A DNA stretch of 64,000 nucleotides from Chrysomallon squamiferum. Lineage: Eukaryota > Animalia > Mollusca. The DNA lies in NCBI GenBank assembly GCA_012295275.1, contig CM022677.1, forward strand, positions 3,658,001-3,722,000, written 5' to 3'. This document shows positions 29,456-43,927 of the stretch, one piece after another; position 1 is the stretch's first letter, and each line of letters opens with the position of its first letter. The translations under genes were made by a program, and so were the position numbers. The notes beneath the pieces were generated by a model. It had not been told where the DNA came from. It saw only the letters and a list, made by a program, of their open reading frames with translations, and made no database searches.

Positions 29456-29818
29456 TGGATCTGCCCCACCATGAAGAAAGAGAGTTTATAAACAGACAGG
29501 AAACAGACTCGTGAAACTGAAGGCACAGCTAACACTTGGCCAGAAATCACCCATTCAGTTCTTTGATACCGATGGACATATTTTAAAGAGACGTAAATGA
29601 GACTTTAAATGATTCTCTTTGTTACGTTTAAATGAGACGTTAAGACTTTAAATGATTCTCTTTGTTACGAGACTTTAAATGATTCTCTTTGTTACGTGAC
29701 TTTAAAGGACACCACAACAAGTAAACAACTCTGTTGGTAAATTGTAAATCTAACCACATCATTTCCTAACAATAATCAAAACATTAACCATGTTTCAAAT
29801 AATAATTAAAAAAATGAA

Positions 29819-29881
<63 letters not shown>

Positions 29882-29896
29882 GAAGAAGAAGAAATA

Positions 29897-29940
<44 letters not shown>

Positions 29941-32549
29941 AAAAAATAAATGTTTTGAATATGTATATTTAAATCACAAACCTAACTTTAACCGATAATG
30001 AAAAATATATTAAATTAAGGTAATTTTTGTTCTTGTTATTATTATTTATATATATATTTCTAAACTTCCACTGAGTTTTACAATTTTAGAATTTCTTGAG
30101 ATCAGTTTATATTTAAAATATCTCTAACACTAACCATTTCTCTTATACTGAGATTAATTTAAGTTTAAACTTAATCCTAACAAAAATTACTAATTGATGG
30201 ATCCAAAAGCAGTTTTAAATGTGTTGGTAACTGCAAGTCTCATTCAGAACCAATTCAACTGAAACACAAAGACTATCAGGTATATGGAGTAATTTGTTTT
30301 TAATTTGTTACATCTGATTAATGCTGTATTTATAAGTAATCATACAATAATGTAATAAAACATAAAAATAAAATAGTTTCTAGAGCATTAAATACTTAAT
30401 TATGTAGAGATTTGTTTTATATTTCTAAATTATAGTTGTCTTTATAACTGTAAAAATTAATGAAAACATCTAGAGGAAAAGGTTAAATTTGTACATTTGA
30501 TTGAAAAATCAAAAACAACATTTTGATATGTTTTCTGTTATGAACTGAGAAAAATTAAAACACAGTTGAAATATAAAATAAATATCTGTCACTAAGACAA
30601 TGTATTTAATGTTTTGTATAAGCAATAAAGAAGTTGGTAATGTTTCATAGTAATATATGAAAACCAAATACAAATTCATTCCTTGCTCTAGGAAACAGAA
30701 TCAAGTTAATCCTTTGTCAGTACAAAATGAGCTGTTAAGACTTGACTTATTCTTGTCATTAATTATTAGTGCTGAGTTTTGAAACCACAAAGAGAGATTT
30801 TAACACAGAACCTATTTCTGTCAGAAAGTATAGATGTCATTAACACTGATTTAAAATCAGCATAAAATGAGATTTTAAAACTGGACTTCATTTGTGTCAG
30901 GAACTGAAGTTTCATTAATTAATACTGAATGCAACTATTCTTAGTCATAATAATTATAAGCTTTAGTCAAAGTTGTGTCCCTTTGCTTATATAAAAATGT
31001 ATTCTCAAGGCAATTAATTCATCTTCACTCATTTCTGTTCCATCATTAATTCCAGTATAACCATTCTGTGAAAAAGAGGTAACATGTTCTCCAGTCAATT
31101 AAGTACACACTCCAGTTGTTTAATTTCTTCATCACTTGAACTGTTTCCTGAACTTTATTTCTTCTTGTTTCTTACAAGCCATTTTCTTCATTTATTCTGA
31201 ATAATACCAGAAACATTTATTAGTTTTAATAAACATAATTATAACATCAGATTAAATACACGATGCAATTATAAAAATTACTTGTTTGTCCATTGTTTTG
31301 TTATCTGCTTTCCATTCACTTTCACACCTTTTAATGTTGTAAATGAAACAAGTGTTGTATAAAACATCAAAAACATTTATATGAAAAGAAAGTAGGAAAC
31401 TATCAGGAAGAAATCCATTCTGTTAAACATGTGTGTGTATGTGTGTGTGCATGTGTGTGTGTGTGCGTGTGTGAATACATACATATGTACAGAAATAACT
31501 CACTTTCAGATGTTTCTTTAAGTCTTTCTACTAAAAGTTATCTTGATAACCAAAATCATTATTACATTTATCTGAAATAATGAAATTTTAAAGGACAACT
31601 CAGATAATTTTTAATTATTGCTTAGAGACAGAATTAGATAATATTAACTGTTCAGAAGAGAGACTAAACTGACGTAAAAATTGAAACTGTGTAACAATTT
31701 ATGTTTTTCGAAAATAATAATAATACATGAAAATAAAGCTATTCAAATTTTTTTTAATAATAATGAAGTTTAAAAATAATAATATAAATAAAATGAAACA
31801 ACAGTAACTATGAGAAAAAAAATAATGAGAAAACTGTAGGTTTTATTAAGACTAAATGTAATGATAAAATTTCAGAATTACCAGAGATGTATACACAGAA
31901 AAGAAAAGAGTTAAATATACATCCGAGGATACTATTTGTTATATTCAACCAAATAGTTATCCTCCTAGGATGTTCGAGTGTTTTAGACACAGGAGCTTGG
32001 CAGAGCCTAAATGTAAAAGATGCTATAACTTATTGTATAAGAGCTAAAAAAAAAATAATAATAACTCTGCAAAAAGCAAAAATATAATCATTCAGACATT
32101 TGGGGGAATGTGTGCTACCATTACTGTGACATCAGTTCACCTCTAGTTTCTGAGAGGTGTGGCTTGATCTCATAAACCTGCATTTCTACTAGATCTGTTT
32201 GAAGGAAAACTGGTTCATGTTTGTCAAGGATATCTGAAAGAGCAGAATGAGAATTTATTCAAGCAGTGGTTACTGTTGATCAAACACTTAGTTCTGCCGA
32301 GTTAAATACACCTGCTGATTATATTGCACAAATTAACTGGATCAAAAAGAATCTGTGAGAAGCACGGAAAAGTGATCCATCTTTGAAAGGGGTGTGGTCA
32401 AAGTAGTGCATTAAAAACAATCTTTCAAACCAGAGTGAATGTTTTTTATGTGCTCAGTGCTGAGGAAGAAAGTGAAAAGTTTGAATGTTTTCAGTTGCAG
32501 TATTTAGAATATACAGACAGTAAATACCAAGTTTAAGTCCTGAATGTGT

Positions 32550-33000
32550 GTTTGTGGGTCATCTGGGGTGAACAAAAACATATCTGCAGATTGCATCAGA
32601 CCTTTATTGGCCAGAAATGTATCACAAGACAAAGGAATTTGTCAAAAGTGGAAAGGTGTCTCAGAAAAATGGGAAAACAAATCAGGTTATTACCCTGACA
32701 CCCCTAAAATTGGTGCCAATCAGTGGACCTGTTTTTTCAAAAGTATTAGCTGATATTGTGGGACCACTGCCCAGAACTAGCCAGGGTAACAAAAATCTGT
32801 AGACAATAATGTGTGTGAATACTAGGTTCCAGAGGCAATCCCATTATGTAAGATGACAGCTAGTGTGGTAACAAAAGTGCTGATAAAATATTTCATGAAA
32901 ACTGGTTTACCAGATGAAATTCAGTCTGATCAAAGCTAAAATTTCATGTGAAAATTGTTTCAGCAAGTCATGGTTCTGTTAGGAATACATCAGGAGACAC
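32550..33000 (+). mobile_element. Gypsy LTR-retrotransposon integrase relic
   Basis: FSKVLADIVGPLPRTSQGN, EAIPL, GLPDEIQSDQ, LFQQVM..LGI with stops and frameshifts. Confidence 0.85.
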
Positions 33001-33157
33001 AAAAGTGAGTTGGTAAAAATAGTAAATTTGGTTAATAGATGATTGGACAAATCTGGTGTACTTTATTAATCAGACAACAGGACAGTAAAATAAAGAACTC
33101 CATATTGTCAAGTATCATGCAAATAGTACTACCAATGATGAATCTCTTAGTCATGTC

Positions 33158-33315
33158 TGACCCTGACCCCCAACCCTAAGCCAAACCTCAAACTCTCTGA
33201 CCCTAACCCCAACCCCAAACACTAAACCATAACCCCTTTCCTTACCTTTAACAGACCCCTAATCCTAACCCAAACCCTCTAACCCAAGCCTAACCCTAAA
33301 CCTTACCCTTACCCC
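33158..33315 (-). repeat. Degenerate (CCCTAA)n telomere-like tract
   Basis: ccctaacccc, cctaaccctaaaccttaccctt. Confidence 0.65.
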
Positions 33316-34984
33316 AGACTTACTATAATTTTATTCAGGAAAGTAAATAGAATTTAAACTTACTAACTTTCCTTAGAGAGATGGATAGACAGATAAGAAG
33401 ATATAGCAGATAGATATAATAATATTTACTATCTTATTTCCACTGTTACGCATTCTTTCTTACTTTTAATTTGTTTAGGACTCTTTAGATATATTGGTAT
33501 TACATTTCAACAACTGAAGCTTAAAAAATTGTAACTCAGCCAGAAATAGGAGGACTACGTTCACTTAAAACATTGTGTTATTACTACTAGTATATACAAC
33601 TCCTATCTGTCTCCTATCTTGTAGATCTGATGTTACACTGGATTTCTCCTGAATGTCAGATGAAGTAAGCAACACTGACAGTTACTGTGTTCACTCGTTA
33701 CCTCTTGTACTGGAACAAACAAGTTGAAGATAATTATTTAAATAGTTGTAACTATGAGATAACAAAAGCCAGTGATAACACTGTTTACCTGTAGCACTTT
33801 CCATTCATTAACAGCAGTTAACAGAGTATGTTCTTCAGACTGGTAAATGAAGCTTTATCAAACAGTTTTTTACTATAAATGTTGAAAAATTAAGACAAGA
33901 GTTGGATAGAGAAAAATGCCTTTATTCTTAATTTCACTAAACTATATGAACAAAGAAAAGAACAAAAAATTATTTTCTTTCTGGAATAAAAAAATGAGAA
34001 AAAAGACCTGAACTTATTAAATAATATGAAATTAGTCTGGAATACGGAGTTAAACAGTGAATAGATTGCTTCATGTTTATCAGCAGCATTACTCTTTAAT
34101 ATGTTTTGAAAGTATAATTTAATATTTCAACATGAATTATGTGAAAATTAATGCATATTACTGCTCAGTATTTCTTTGAAAGGTTTATTTAATATTTCAC
34201 TTCATTTATGTGAATCTAAATGTTCCTGTTGTCATCTCAGTTGAGGTGTCACCACAAGAACATGGGCAGGAAACGTTGTTTATTGATAATTTCAAGTTAA
34301 AATGCCTCAAAGAAAGCAAAATAAAACTGTATGTCTAAATATAACTATAGATGAAACACTAATATGAGTTTTCACTTATACTTTAACAAATGTTCTAACT
34401 TTCACTGTCAGTTGTTGTAATATTGGTATCCACACTGAGGAGGTTGTTGAGGGATGCGATGATAAGTTTGGTATCCACACACAGGAGGTTGTTGGGTATC
34501 CGATGATAAGTTTGGTATCCACACACAGGAGGTTGTTGAGGCATGGGTTGATCAGTTTGGTATCCAGTCACATCCAGTCACTTTACTGATTACTGCTTCT
34601 ACAGTCATACAATTAAAATTAAATCACATCACTGTTATATATCAAATCAGACAGAACCCTAAAATAAAGTACACAGATTAGAAATACATTAACTGCAGGC
34701 TAGGATAACCACATGCATCTGAAATTACAGAACATTAATTTTAATTATTTTAAAATAAAAAAAGAAAAGAAAACGGTCTTTATTAACTGGATTCGAAGAT
34801 GTTTTAATCTCAAGTACTGATTAGTACTTAATGCTGAAACCATAGATTAGTAACTATGTTCATATTAATAAATTTTGATAAACCTGGAAAGCAAAGGAAT
34901 AAACAAACTGAGATGTACAAAACCCAGTTTCAGGGCAATAGTGAAGTATGTCTTTAAAAGAAGCATAAATAAATAAATGATCAG

Positions 34985-35394
34985 TGTGCAAGTGTTACAT
35001 ACATCAAAGAAGTGAGTACTTACTGTTGAGTCTGAGACATGCATGTGTTACATACATCAAAGAAGTGAGTACTTACTGTTGAGTCTGAGACATGCATGTG
35101 TTACATACATCAAAGAAGTGAGTACTTACTGTTGAGTCTGAGACATGCAAGTGTTACATACATCAAAGAAGTGAGTACTTACTGTTGAGTCTGAGACATG
35201 CAAGTGTTACATACATCAAAGAAGTGAGTACTTACTGTTGAGTCTGAGACATGCAAGTGTTACATACATCAAAGAAGTGAGTACTTACTGTTGAGTCTGA
35301 GACATGCAAGTGTTACATACATCAAAGAAGTGAGTACTTACTGTTGAGTCTGAGACATGCAAGTGTTACATACATCAAAGAAGTGAGTACTCAC
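34985..35394 (-). repeat. 53-bp tandem repeat x~8, each unit beginning with a minus-strand donor GT(A/G)AGT, abutting the dsRBD exon
   Basis: Forward acttactgttgagtctgagacatgcaagtgttacatacatcaaagaagtgagt; period 53 (35071, 35124...). Confidence 0.9.
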
Positions 35395-37631
35395 TACTGC
35401 TCATTCCCAGAGATGCAAGGACGTGCTCTTCTGCGTAGATTTCTGCCTCCTCAATTGTGCGACTCAGTTTATTCGGACAAAACATTTTTCTCAGACCTGG
35501 AATTGACACCTGAAAGAGAAGAAGGTTATTTCTTTGTACACACACAGTGCTTCTTTTATTTGCTTTTTAGTTTAAAAATACTGTTTTTACTGTTTGTTTA
35601 GAAAGTAAGAAATCAAGGATGTGTACATTATCAGAGAACATACAGCCATCCTCAAGTAGCACCAACCTGGAAACAGAACAATTTTCTTTCACCAGCAGCT
35701 GTTTTGTGGTTTACAGAAAGAAGCTCGTAGACTGGCTTTCCCCACAGATTTTTCTCACACACTTCATCCAAGAGCTGTAAAAAAGTTAAAAATCAACTCA
35801 TTTGAGACTTTCAGTTTGACTGGTAATAGTTGTTTTTATAATCCAAAAAGCCAAAGCACCACAAGTGGTGAATATGTAATTAATGACTAAATTTAAAGTT
35901 TTTACTGCTCATTAGTTCATTAAACTACTGAACTGCTTTAGTTAATACTAGTCTTTGCTTAAAACATTAACAAATATCTACTCCATTGCTCAGAGTTTTA
36001 TTTCAGTGGATTCTTCCAAATCACCAGTATTCCAGTATTACTTTTAACTTCAAAAACAGGAGCCATTACTAATACAAAATGTATTGGAAGAAAGTTACCA
36101 CTTATAAATTTGACTGTACTTGCTCATGTTTCTAACAAATAAATCTTTATGTTTCACATTAAATATAGCAAAATGAAACACAGTGAAACAAAGCAATAAA
36201 GAAGCAAAAGGTAAATGAATATAAATTAATTATCAGTAGCTTTTGAAAGAAAAAATAAACAAAAAAGAAAATAAACAGTAATAAATAAAATGTTTAAGTT
36301 AAATGAAGTTTCAGGATGGTACAGTGAAAAAGATATATATAGTTTCAACTGTCACTGGTAAGAAAAGAACATATTGTTTTCCTCTAAACAAATATTCATC
36401 CTTTTGAATGAGAAAATCTGTTATACCAATAGTAATAGTAAAAGTAATAGTAATAATAGTAACAGTAATAGTAATAATAATAATAGTAATAATAGTAATA
36501 GTAATAATAGTAATAGTAATAGTAATAGTAATTATTAAATAGCTGACAAATTGCTTTAGAGGCAGATATTTTAAATTGTGTTTTAACAACTCACTTTTGT
36601 CTGTGCCTGATGAAGTAACATGAATCAATTACACATTAAAAAATTAACCAAATACATATTAATAAATAAACAAAATATATATTAATCAATGAATCAAATA
36701 TACATTAATAAATGAACAAAATATAAATTAATTAATAAACAAAATATACATTAATTAATAAACAAAATTTACATTAATTAATAAACAAAATATAAATTAA
36801 TTAATAAACAAAATATACATTAATTAATAAACAAAAATTATATTAATTAATTAATCAAATATACATTAATAAATGAACAAAATATATATTAATTAATAAA
36901 CAAAATATATATTAATCAATGAATCATATATACATTAATAAATGAATATATATTAATTAATAAACAAAATATATATTAATCAATGAATCAAATATACATT
37001 AATAAATAAACAAAATATAAATTAATTAATAAACAAAATATACATTAATTAATAAACAAAATATATATTAATTAATAAAGAAAATATACATTAATTAATG
37101 AATCAGATATACATTAATTGATGTATGACACTTATTTTAGAGGATGATACTGTGACATCAAAAGCAACTTAGATTTATAGTTTAAAAATTATTCATTAAG
37201 GAAACAGACCAATGGGAAGATATATATATCTGTATATATATCCTGCAATCACTGTACATTTTGCCAAGATGTGACTAGATTAATTTCTGTATGTTTGACC
37301 ACTGACCACAAATGGAGGTTTTTGGATAAAATAAAAGAAGTAAATAAGTGACATGTCTCACACTGACTGGAGTTTTCTTACACAACAAACATCACTAGTG
37401 AAAATATTTAACATTTAGCATGTCCTGTGTTTAAAAAAGAAGTAAGTAAGTAACATGTCTCACACTGACCTTTCTATCTCTTGTGTATCTCTCAGATGTT
37501 TGTGCTGTTGGGCGACCCACACATCCAGACCACGAAGCAACTTCTTGGTGAACACTTGTAAAAAGAATAAAAAATATTTAAAATATTTATAGTAATATTA
37601 AAATATTAAATTTTGTTTTAAATTTTGTATG

Positions 37632-37666
<35 letters not shown>

Positions 37667-40600
37667 TATTATCACTCCAGACTGCAGATGTTTGTATTCT
37701 AAGTACTTTTTATATACAGGAAAAGTATCCCAGTTATAGGACAAAACTAGAGAAACATGCCAGTATATATACACACACACAGACATACATTCATACACAT
37801 ACATATACATACATACACACATATATACATACATACACACACACAGACGTACATTCATACACACACAGACATACATTCATACACATACATATACACATAC
37901 ACACATATATATATATACATATACACACACAGACGTACATTCATACACACATATACACATACATTCATATATACGTACATATATACATACATACATGGAT
38001 GCATATATTTTTATTATTTCACAGAACAATTTCAGATTTGATTTTTTTCTCAGTTGTCTTCATATATGTGCTGTCCTATAATCCATTCATTCTGTTTTAT
38101 AGTTCTTCACTTAAAAAAATGCAATATATAGATAAATATTTTAAAGCATTTATATGATATTAAGTAAATGTGCATAAAGCTGAAAATTGTGTTTGTCTTA
38201 CAGCAGTTCAGTGTGGTCATCGTACCTGGTTGGTGTGGTAGCTGCTTCATTCCCACATCCAGACACCTGCTCAATAAAACAGTTTTATAGTCTATTAATA
38301 GCACAGACTCAATATTAGACTAAAATTTAATATATATCAGATGAGTTGAATTCGTTCCATGACCTAGCTTGTAACTCAATTTGCTCGTATATCAAATCAA
38401 TTTTCCCAACTGGAATTAACTGAAATCCAATTAATCTGTTCCAGCCCCCCCAAACCACCCCAATCTGTTTTTTTTTTAACAAAGCTCTGTAAGTATATAA
38501 AAATACAACATCTGTTCTCACCTCAGCAACATCTCCGTGTGAATATCTTGAACAGCTGAGAGGTTTTGCCAGCACAACTCTTAAAGTAGCTCCATGAAAG
38601 TCTGACCCTGCAATTCACATAGTTTATCCATTTAGTTATTTTTAAAGTCCAAATATTTTTAAAAAATTAAAATTTAAAAATGTAAAAAACATATTCATTA
38701 TTGAAACAAATACAGAAATGCAAATTTTATTCTGTATCGTTCATACACAAAAGAAAACTAACCGTCAAGAACTTTCATAGCTTTAAGTGCATCTTGTCGA
38801 GTTCTAAAATACACAAAAGCAAAATCTCTCAGTTTCCTGACTCTCTTGACACAGTCTTCCTTTCCAACTGCTCTGGTAAACACGTCTTTGACTTCTTTCC
38901 AGTCAGTTCTCAACATCAAATTTCTAACAAACAATGCTCGAGCCTGGAAAACCATTCAAATGTGCCGATCTTAAATCATGATCAGTCAATACTACTTCTA
39001 AATAATTCTGTAAAAATCAAGATTACTTATACCATTCAAATGTGCCGATCTTAAATCATGATCAGTCAAACTACTTCTAAATAATTCTGTAAAAATCAAG
39101 ATTCTTTAAATACTACTTCTAAATAATTCTGTAAAAATCAAGATTACTTATACCATTCAAATGTGCTGATCTTAAATCATGATCAGTCAAACTACTTCTA
39201 AATAATTCTGTAAAAATCAAGATTACTTATACCATTCAAATGTCTGTGTAGTGATACTATTTATAGCCAGAGTAGATACAACTGTTTTGTTATGCTAGGT
39301 CAGGGGTTCCAGGGGGTGCAAGATGGTTTTTCATCTTGTATTAAGTAGGTCTGTGCAGACACTCGCAATTAGCGGCTGCCGTTTCTTAACAATTAGCTGT
39401 TCCACAGAAATCGTGTTTCGCACGAGGGGGGTGCCGTTTGTTCGTTTTTCATTGACTCGTGTTATATTCTTTACTTGGGATTTCTGCACACAAACTCAGA
39501 CGGGGTATTGATAAGTGCTCATGATTTCGAATATTTTGATTCCGTTGAGTTTTTCTGTGCCTACGCCGCTTTTTAAAAAATTACGAATTTTCAACACGCT
39601 TGAATCACTAAAACCAGCTACGAGACACGAACGAAAGCTAATTGGACATTAAATTTAGTTTTTTATCTTATTGTCTTTAAAATTTTATCAAAAGCTATGG
39701 TCGCATTCAATTGTTATCATTGTCGTGAAATATGGTATTTTGGTCATTTCGGTGTTTGATTCCCATCGTTACACTTTTACAAAATTTTCAACATGCTACA
39801 ATAACTAAAACTGGTTACGTGACACGAATGAAAAGTAGCTGGACATAATAATTAGTTTTTTATCTTACTGTCTTTAAAATTTTATCAAAATGCTTGGACG
39901 CATTCAATTGTTATGATCGCCTCGTGAAATATGGTCTATGTGTCATTTCGGTTTTCGATCGCCATCTTGAAACTTTTACAGAATTTTCAACATGCTACAA
40001 TAACTAAAACCGGTTATGTGACACGAACGAAAAGAAGCTGAGCATAATAATTAGTTTTATTATCTTATTGTCTTTGACATTTTATCAAGCAGCTTCGAGG
40101 CTCTTAATTGTAATTTTTACCTCGTGAAATATGGTTTGTTGGCGTTATATCGCCAGTTTGAGTTTCTGTTTTTTTTTTTCAAAATTATGTTGATTATATT
40201 TTTAATAGCTTGTAGGATGCATGTTTTATTGGATGTTCTGACTTTTACTAAATATAATATGAATTCGTTCTGAAATAAACAAATTAATATTGTTTTGCTG
40301 ATTACTAGCATTTGATGTTAACTATAAACTCGTATAATAAATTGGAGTCTACTCCAGAAAGGTATTGCCGGTCTTAATTAGAAGCAATACATTGTGTATG
40401 TAATCATGACACTAAAGACAGGTATGATAAGTGTCATTTGAAGCAGACAAAATAATTTTCTTGGCTTTGTGTTTGTACTTCCTGTGATTTGACAGCAAAC
40501 AAAAGATACCTATCAATGTATCATGTGACCATTGTTAATGTTTTCTCTGATGGAGCAAATCAACATTTGAAGCAAAAATAGCCTAATTTTTAAAACTGAA

Positions 40601-42564
40601 CACTTTATGATTTATCAGTTTATGGTTTCACGATTAAAAAAAAAAAAAGTTGTACGTTTCGTATTTAATATTCTACGAATACCTCTGGTACTTAGATTCA
40701 CAGAATACATTCATTGTACTGTTCTGTAGTACAGTTTGTTATGTTTATGATTTTTAATTCGCCATTTATCGAAACATTTTTAAAGCAAAACACGAAGTTA
40801 GTTTATTTCTGATCGTATTCATATTGTAATGTATATACTTTAGAATTCCGAACACAGGAGAAAACTATGCATCCCAAAAGTTAGTAAAAATATGAACATA
40901 ATTTCTATCATTTTAAATAGCAGAGGTTCTTTTATATGTTTGTTACTCTTTTTTTCTTTCTTTCTTAATTTTTTTTTTTTTTTTATTTTTATTTTTAGGC
41001 AAGCAATATACATTTGTGGACATAACTTTTGTTATAAATTTACACGCCATTGGTATTAATAGCGACGACATGTACGATGTTAGAAATATCGAACTTTGAC
41101 CTTCCTGGGTGCTAAAAATAGCCTTGCTAAAACTAGTCGGAGTTAAGAAAAGGCGACACCGCCTTCAGATGAGCGCTTTGTAGAGCGACACCGGTTTAGC
41201 TTTAGGGATGTTCACAAAGTTCGCTTACCCCCACCACGTTTAACGCTCTCATACAAACTACTGATTTAACACATAACAAAAACAACATCACCATTTAAAA
41301 GAGCGCATATTAGTCTGTATTTGAGTGTAATTGTTTTTCATGTTAAATTTTACAGAAGGGATTTGGGAGGGGCGGGAAATGGACAAAATCGGCACTTTTC
41401 CCACTTATGTTTGTTAGGCTGCTGGTACCTTAATTAATAACTTGTTTTTAATTTTTACAAATATAATCGATAGCAGAGATTGGCATTGGTCTTCACTGAA
41501 AATTTCATCAAGAAAGCTTGATTATTAACAAAGATAGAGGGGAAAATGTTAAAATATTACTATTTTTGGTCACAAACCTCTAATGACTTATATAGCGTTT
41601 AATCGGACGAAAAAAATTGCTTTTTAGGGGGTTTAAAATTGCTGCTACTTCCTTAATTTTTTACATATTCACTTGATCTTGGTATCATTTTAAAGTATCG
41701 TTATTTTCAGATTAGTGGGGTTTGAAAAATTTGTCCACATACCTATATTAAGAGTGGAATGTGAAATACTTCTGTTATTCAGAACATCTTACATCAATGT
41801 ATCTGCTTATTTTACATTTTAACATTTAAAAACAACAACATTAGGCTGAGTTAAATTTAAAAAAAGTTTTTGTAGATTGTACTTACATTTGCCATGGCAT
41901 CGTCATCAACATAATTTTCTGGGTATGCCCAGGCAACACTAATACGGTGTCCCCACAGCTTCATCATCTCAGGAATTAATTTTATTCTTGCCATTGCTGC
42001 CGAAACGTGAGTGTCGAACTCTACTTATGGCGAAACCGCCATGCATCGTTTCTTCCTCTGTGGATGGGTAAACGATTACATCCACAACTCCACTCGTCAC
42101 ACTACGCATCGCATCTAATATTTCTTCTAGATGTTTCGATTTAGGAATACCTCCAACAAACAACCTACGATTGTCAATGCTTTGTTTTACTGTTAGACGG
42201 CAATCCGGTCTTATTGCAAACTTATCCAGCATTTGTTTAGCGCGTACAGCATCTTTTTTGGTAGTATACATACAAAATGCATAACCACGGTTAGATCCAG
42301 AAAAATCCATCATTAAACGAAATTCATAAATTTTGCCCATCTTTTCAAATTTTTGGGACGAGTTCGTCTTCGAAACAATCCCGCGGTATGTTACCAATAA
42401 AAATTTTACATTCACTATCAGGAGGGGGGCCATTCCATCCTGGCGGAGGACCTCCGTATATCCGCTGTCCTTGGTGTTGTCTAATCGAATTATTCGTTTT
42501 TTTTTAAAGCCATAAGTGCTTCTTCATTCACAGCACCCCCGTCCCGTGCAGCCGATTCATCCAT
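35395..42564 (-). CDS. RBM46/A1CF/RBM47-family RNA-binding protein (3 RRM + dsRBD). Exons 42564-41887, 38943-38763, 38607-38522, 38266-38226, 37554-37470, 36606-36595(?), 35774-35667, 35509-35395; final exon unresolved; three frameshifts in exon 1
   Basis: [12 protein letters not shown]; [15 protein letters not shown]; [19 protein letters not shown]; RLFVGGIPK; [16 protein letters not shown]; LFVRNL...RDFAFVYF; VLAKP; [16 protein letters not shown]; VSIPG...[24 protein letters not shown]. Splice phases compatible. Closest remembered match is RBM46. Confidence 0.85.
38951..39243. repeat. ~80-bp tandem repeat immediately next to the RRM3 exon acceptor
   Basis: accattcaaatgtgccgatcttaaatcatgatcagtca at 38951, 39031 and ~39152. 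Confidence 0.8.
39290..41750. mobile_element. Probable decayed DNA-transposon insertion in intron 1 of the RBM46-like gene
   Basis: CpG-containing block; three ~190-bp internal repeats (39590-40140); peptide relic [16 protein letters not shown] at ~40531 resembling an SDG catalytic motif; ends not defined. Confidence 0.4.
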
Positions 42565-42611
42565 CTTAAACTGTTTGCGCGTTACGAGACCGCTCGTCGA
42601 AGTTTATAGTT

Positions 42612-42619
42612 TGACGTCA
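42612..42619. promoter_or_regulatory. CRE palindrome upstream of the RBM46-like ATG
   Basis: TGACGTCA ~48 bp upstream of the ATG at 42564, in a CpG-containing patch. Confidence 0.5.
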
Positions 42620-43855
42620 CTCTTCCAATACGATGTGCACGCGTTTTCACCTGCTTATAAGACGTGAAGGAAAATTACTCTGCCATCCTCTTAATTTTCA
42701 TTGGTTGTTTTAGTCAAAGCGTTCGCGGATTCGCCATTTACTAAATGAACCGTTATTCAAATGCGTTTCTTTTTATTAAATCAAATACTATTCAAAACAA
42801 GTATGGAACTCTTATAATGATTTTACAATTGCCAGACTTGTAATGTAAGTTAACTATGGGGAATCGCAATAAATATTATGGAAATAGTTAATTAAACGAA
42901 CGATCGGAACGAATGACTAAAAACAAAACGATAATAACTGTATCATCAAAACAATGAAGACAAAAAATAAATAAATAAAGAAATAAAGAAATAAAGAAAG
43001 AAAGAAAGAAAGAAAATAAATAAAAGAAAATAAAATAAAATTTACAGAAATAATTTTACAGTGATTAAACACATTCCTGAAAAATGTCGAAAACCAGAAT
43101 GACCCCCCCACCACCAGCCTGCCGTACGCTTGTTCTTTGTAACGCACGTGCAACGTATGGAATATGAAAACTTATGTCAAAATTAATATTTTTCATAGAA
43201 ATTTAAGAGATTTCTCCTGTATTATTAATAAATAAATATCGTAATTGTGAGTTGTTCATTTATCTTTAATGTCTGTTTTACTAATTATCATCAAATATGG
43301 TTACACTGGTATCAGTCATCGCCATTTTTTTTTTTTTTTTTTTTTTTTTTACAAGAAACATTTTAATAACTTTTATTTATTTATTTATTTATTTTAAATT
43401 AATAGTGCATATAATGTGTGTATATGTGTGTGTATGTGTGTGTGTGTGTGTGTGTGTGGTGGTGTGTTAATAAAATCTATGTTTATCGTAACAACGTATT
43501 TGAAATAATCTGACAGGAAAGGACTTCAACTAACATATCTTGTACGGGCATCTGGAATGATAGACAGAAAACAGTGATTTGGTCTCAACCCACAATTAAT
43601 TTCTACACATTGTATAATATATATATATATTTTTTTTTTTTTTTAACAGTTTAATATGTTTTTGTTAAATCTAAACACAAATTAGGATTATCTGTTAAAT
43701 ATTTTCTAATATTTTTAATTTAAATATTCATTGTTTGTAAAGTTAAATTTTTAATAAAATTACTGTCTGTGTATTAAATAATAATAATAATAAGAAGAAG
43801 AAGAAGAAGAAGAAAAGAAGAAAACGAAATAAGTGTTGTATTAAAGAGAAATGTG

Positions 43856-43892
<37 letters not shown>

Positions 43893-43896
43893 TTTT

Positions 43897-43927
<31 letters not shown>

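Noticed and set aside
30560-31200. Possible decayed minus-strand coding segment
   Set aside because: Stops in the frames examined and no identifiable motif.
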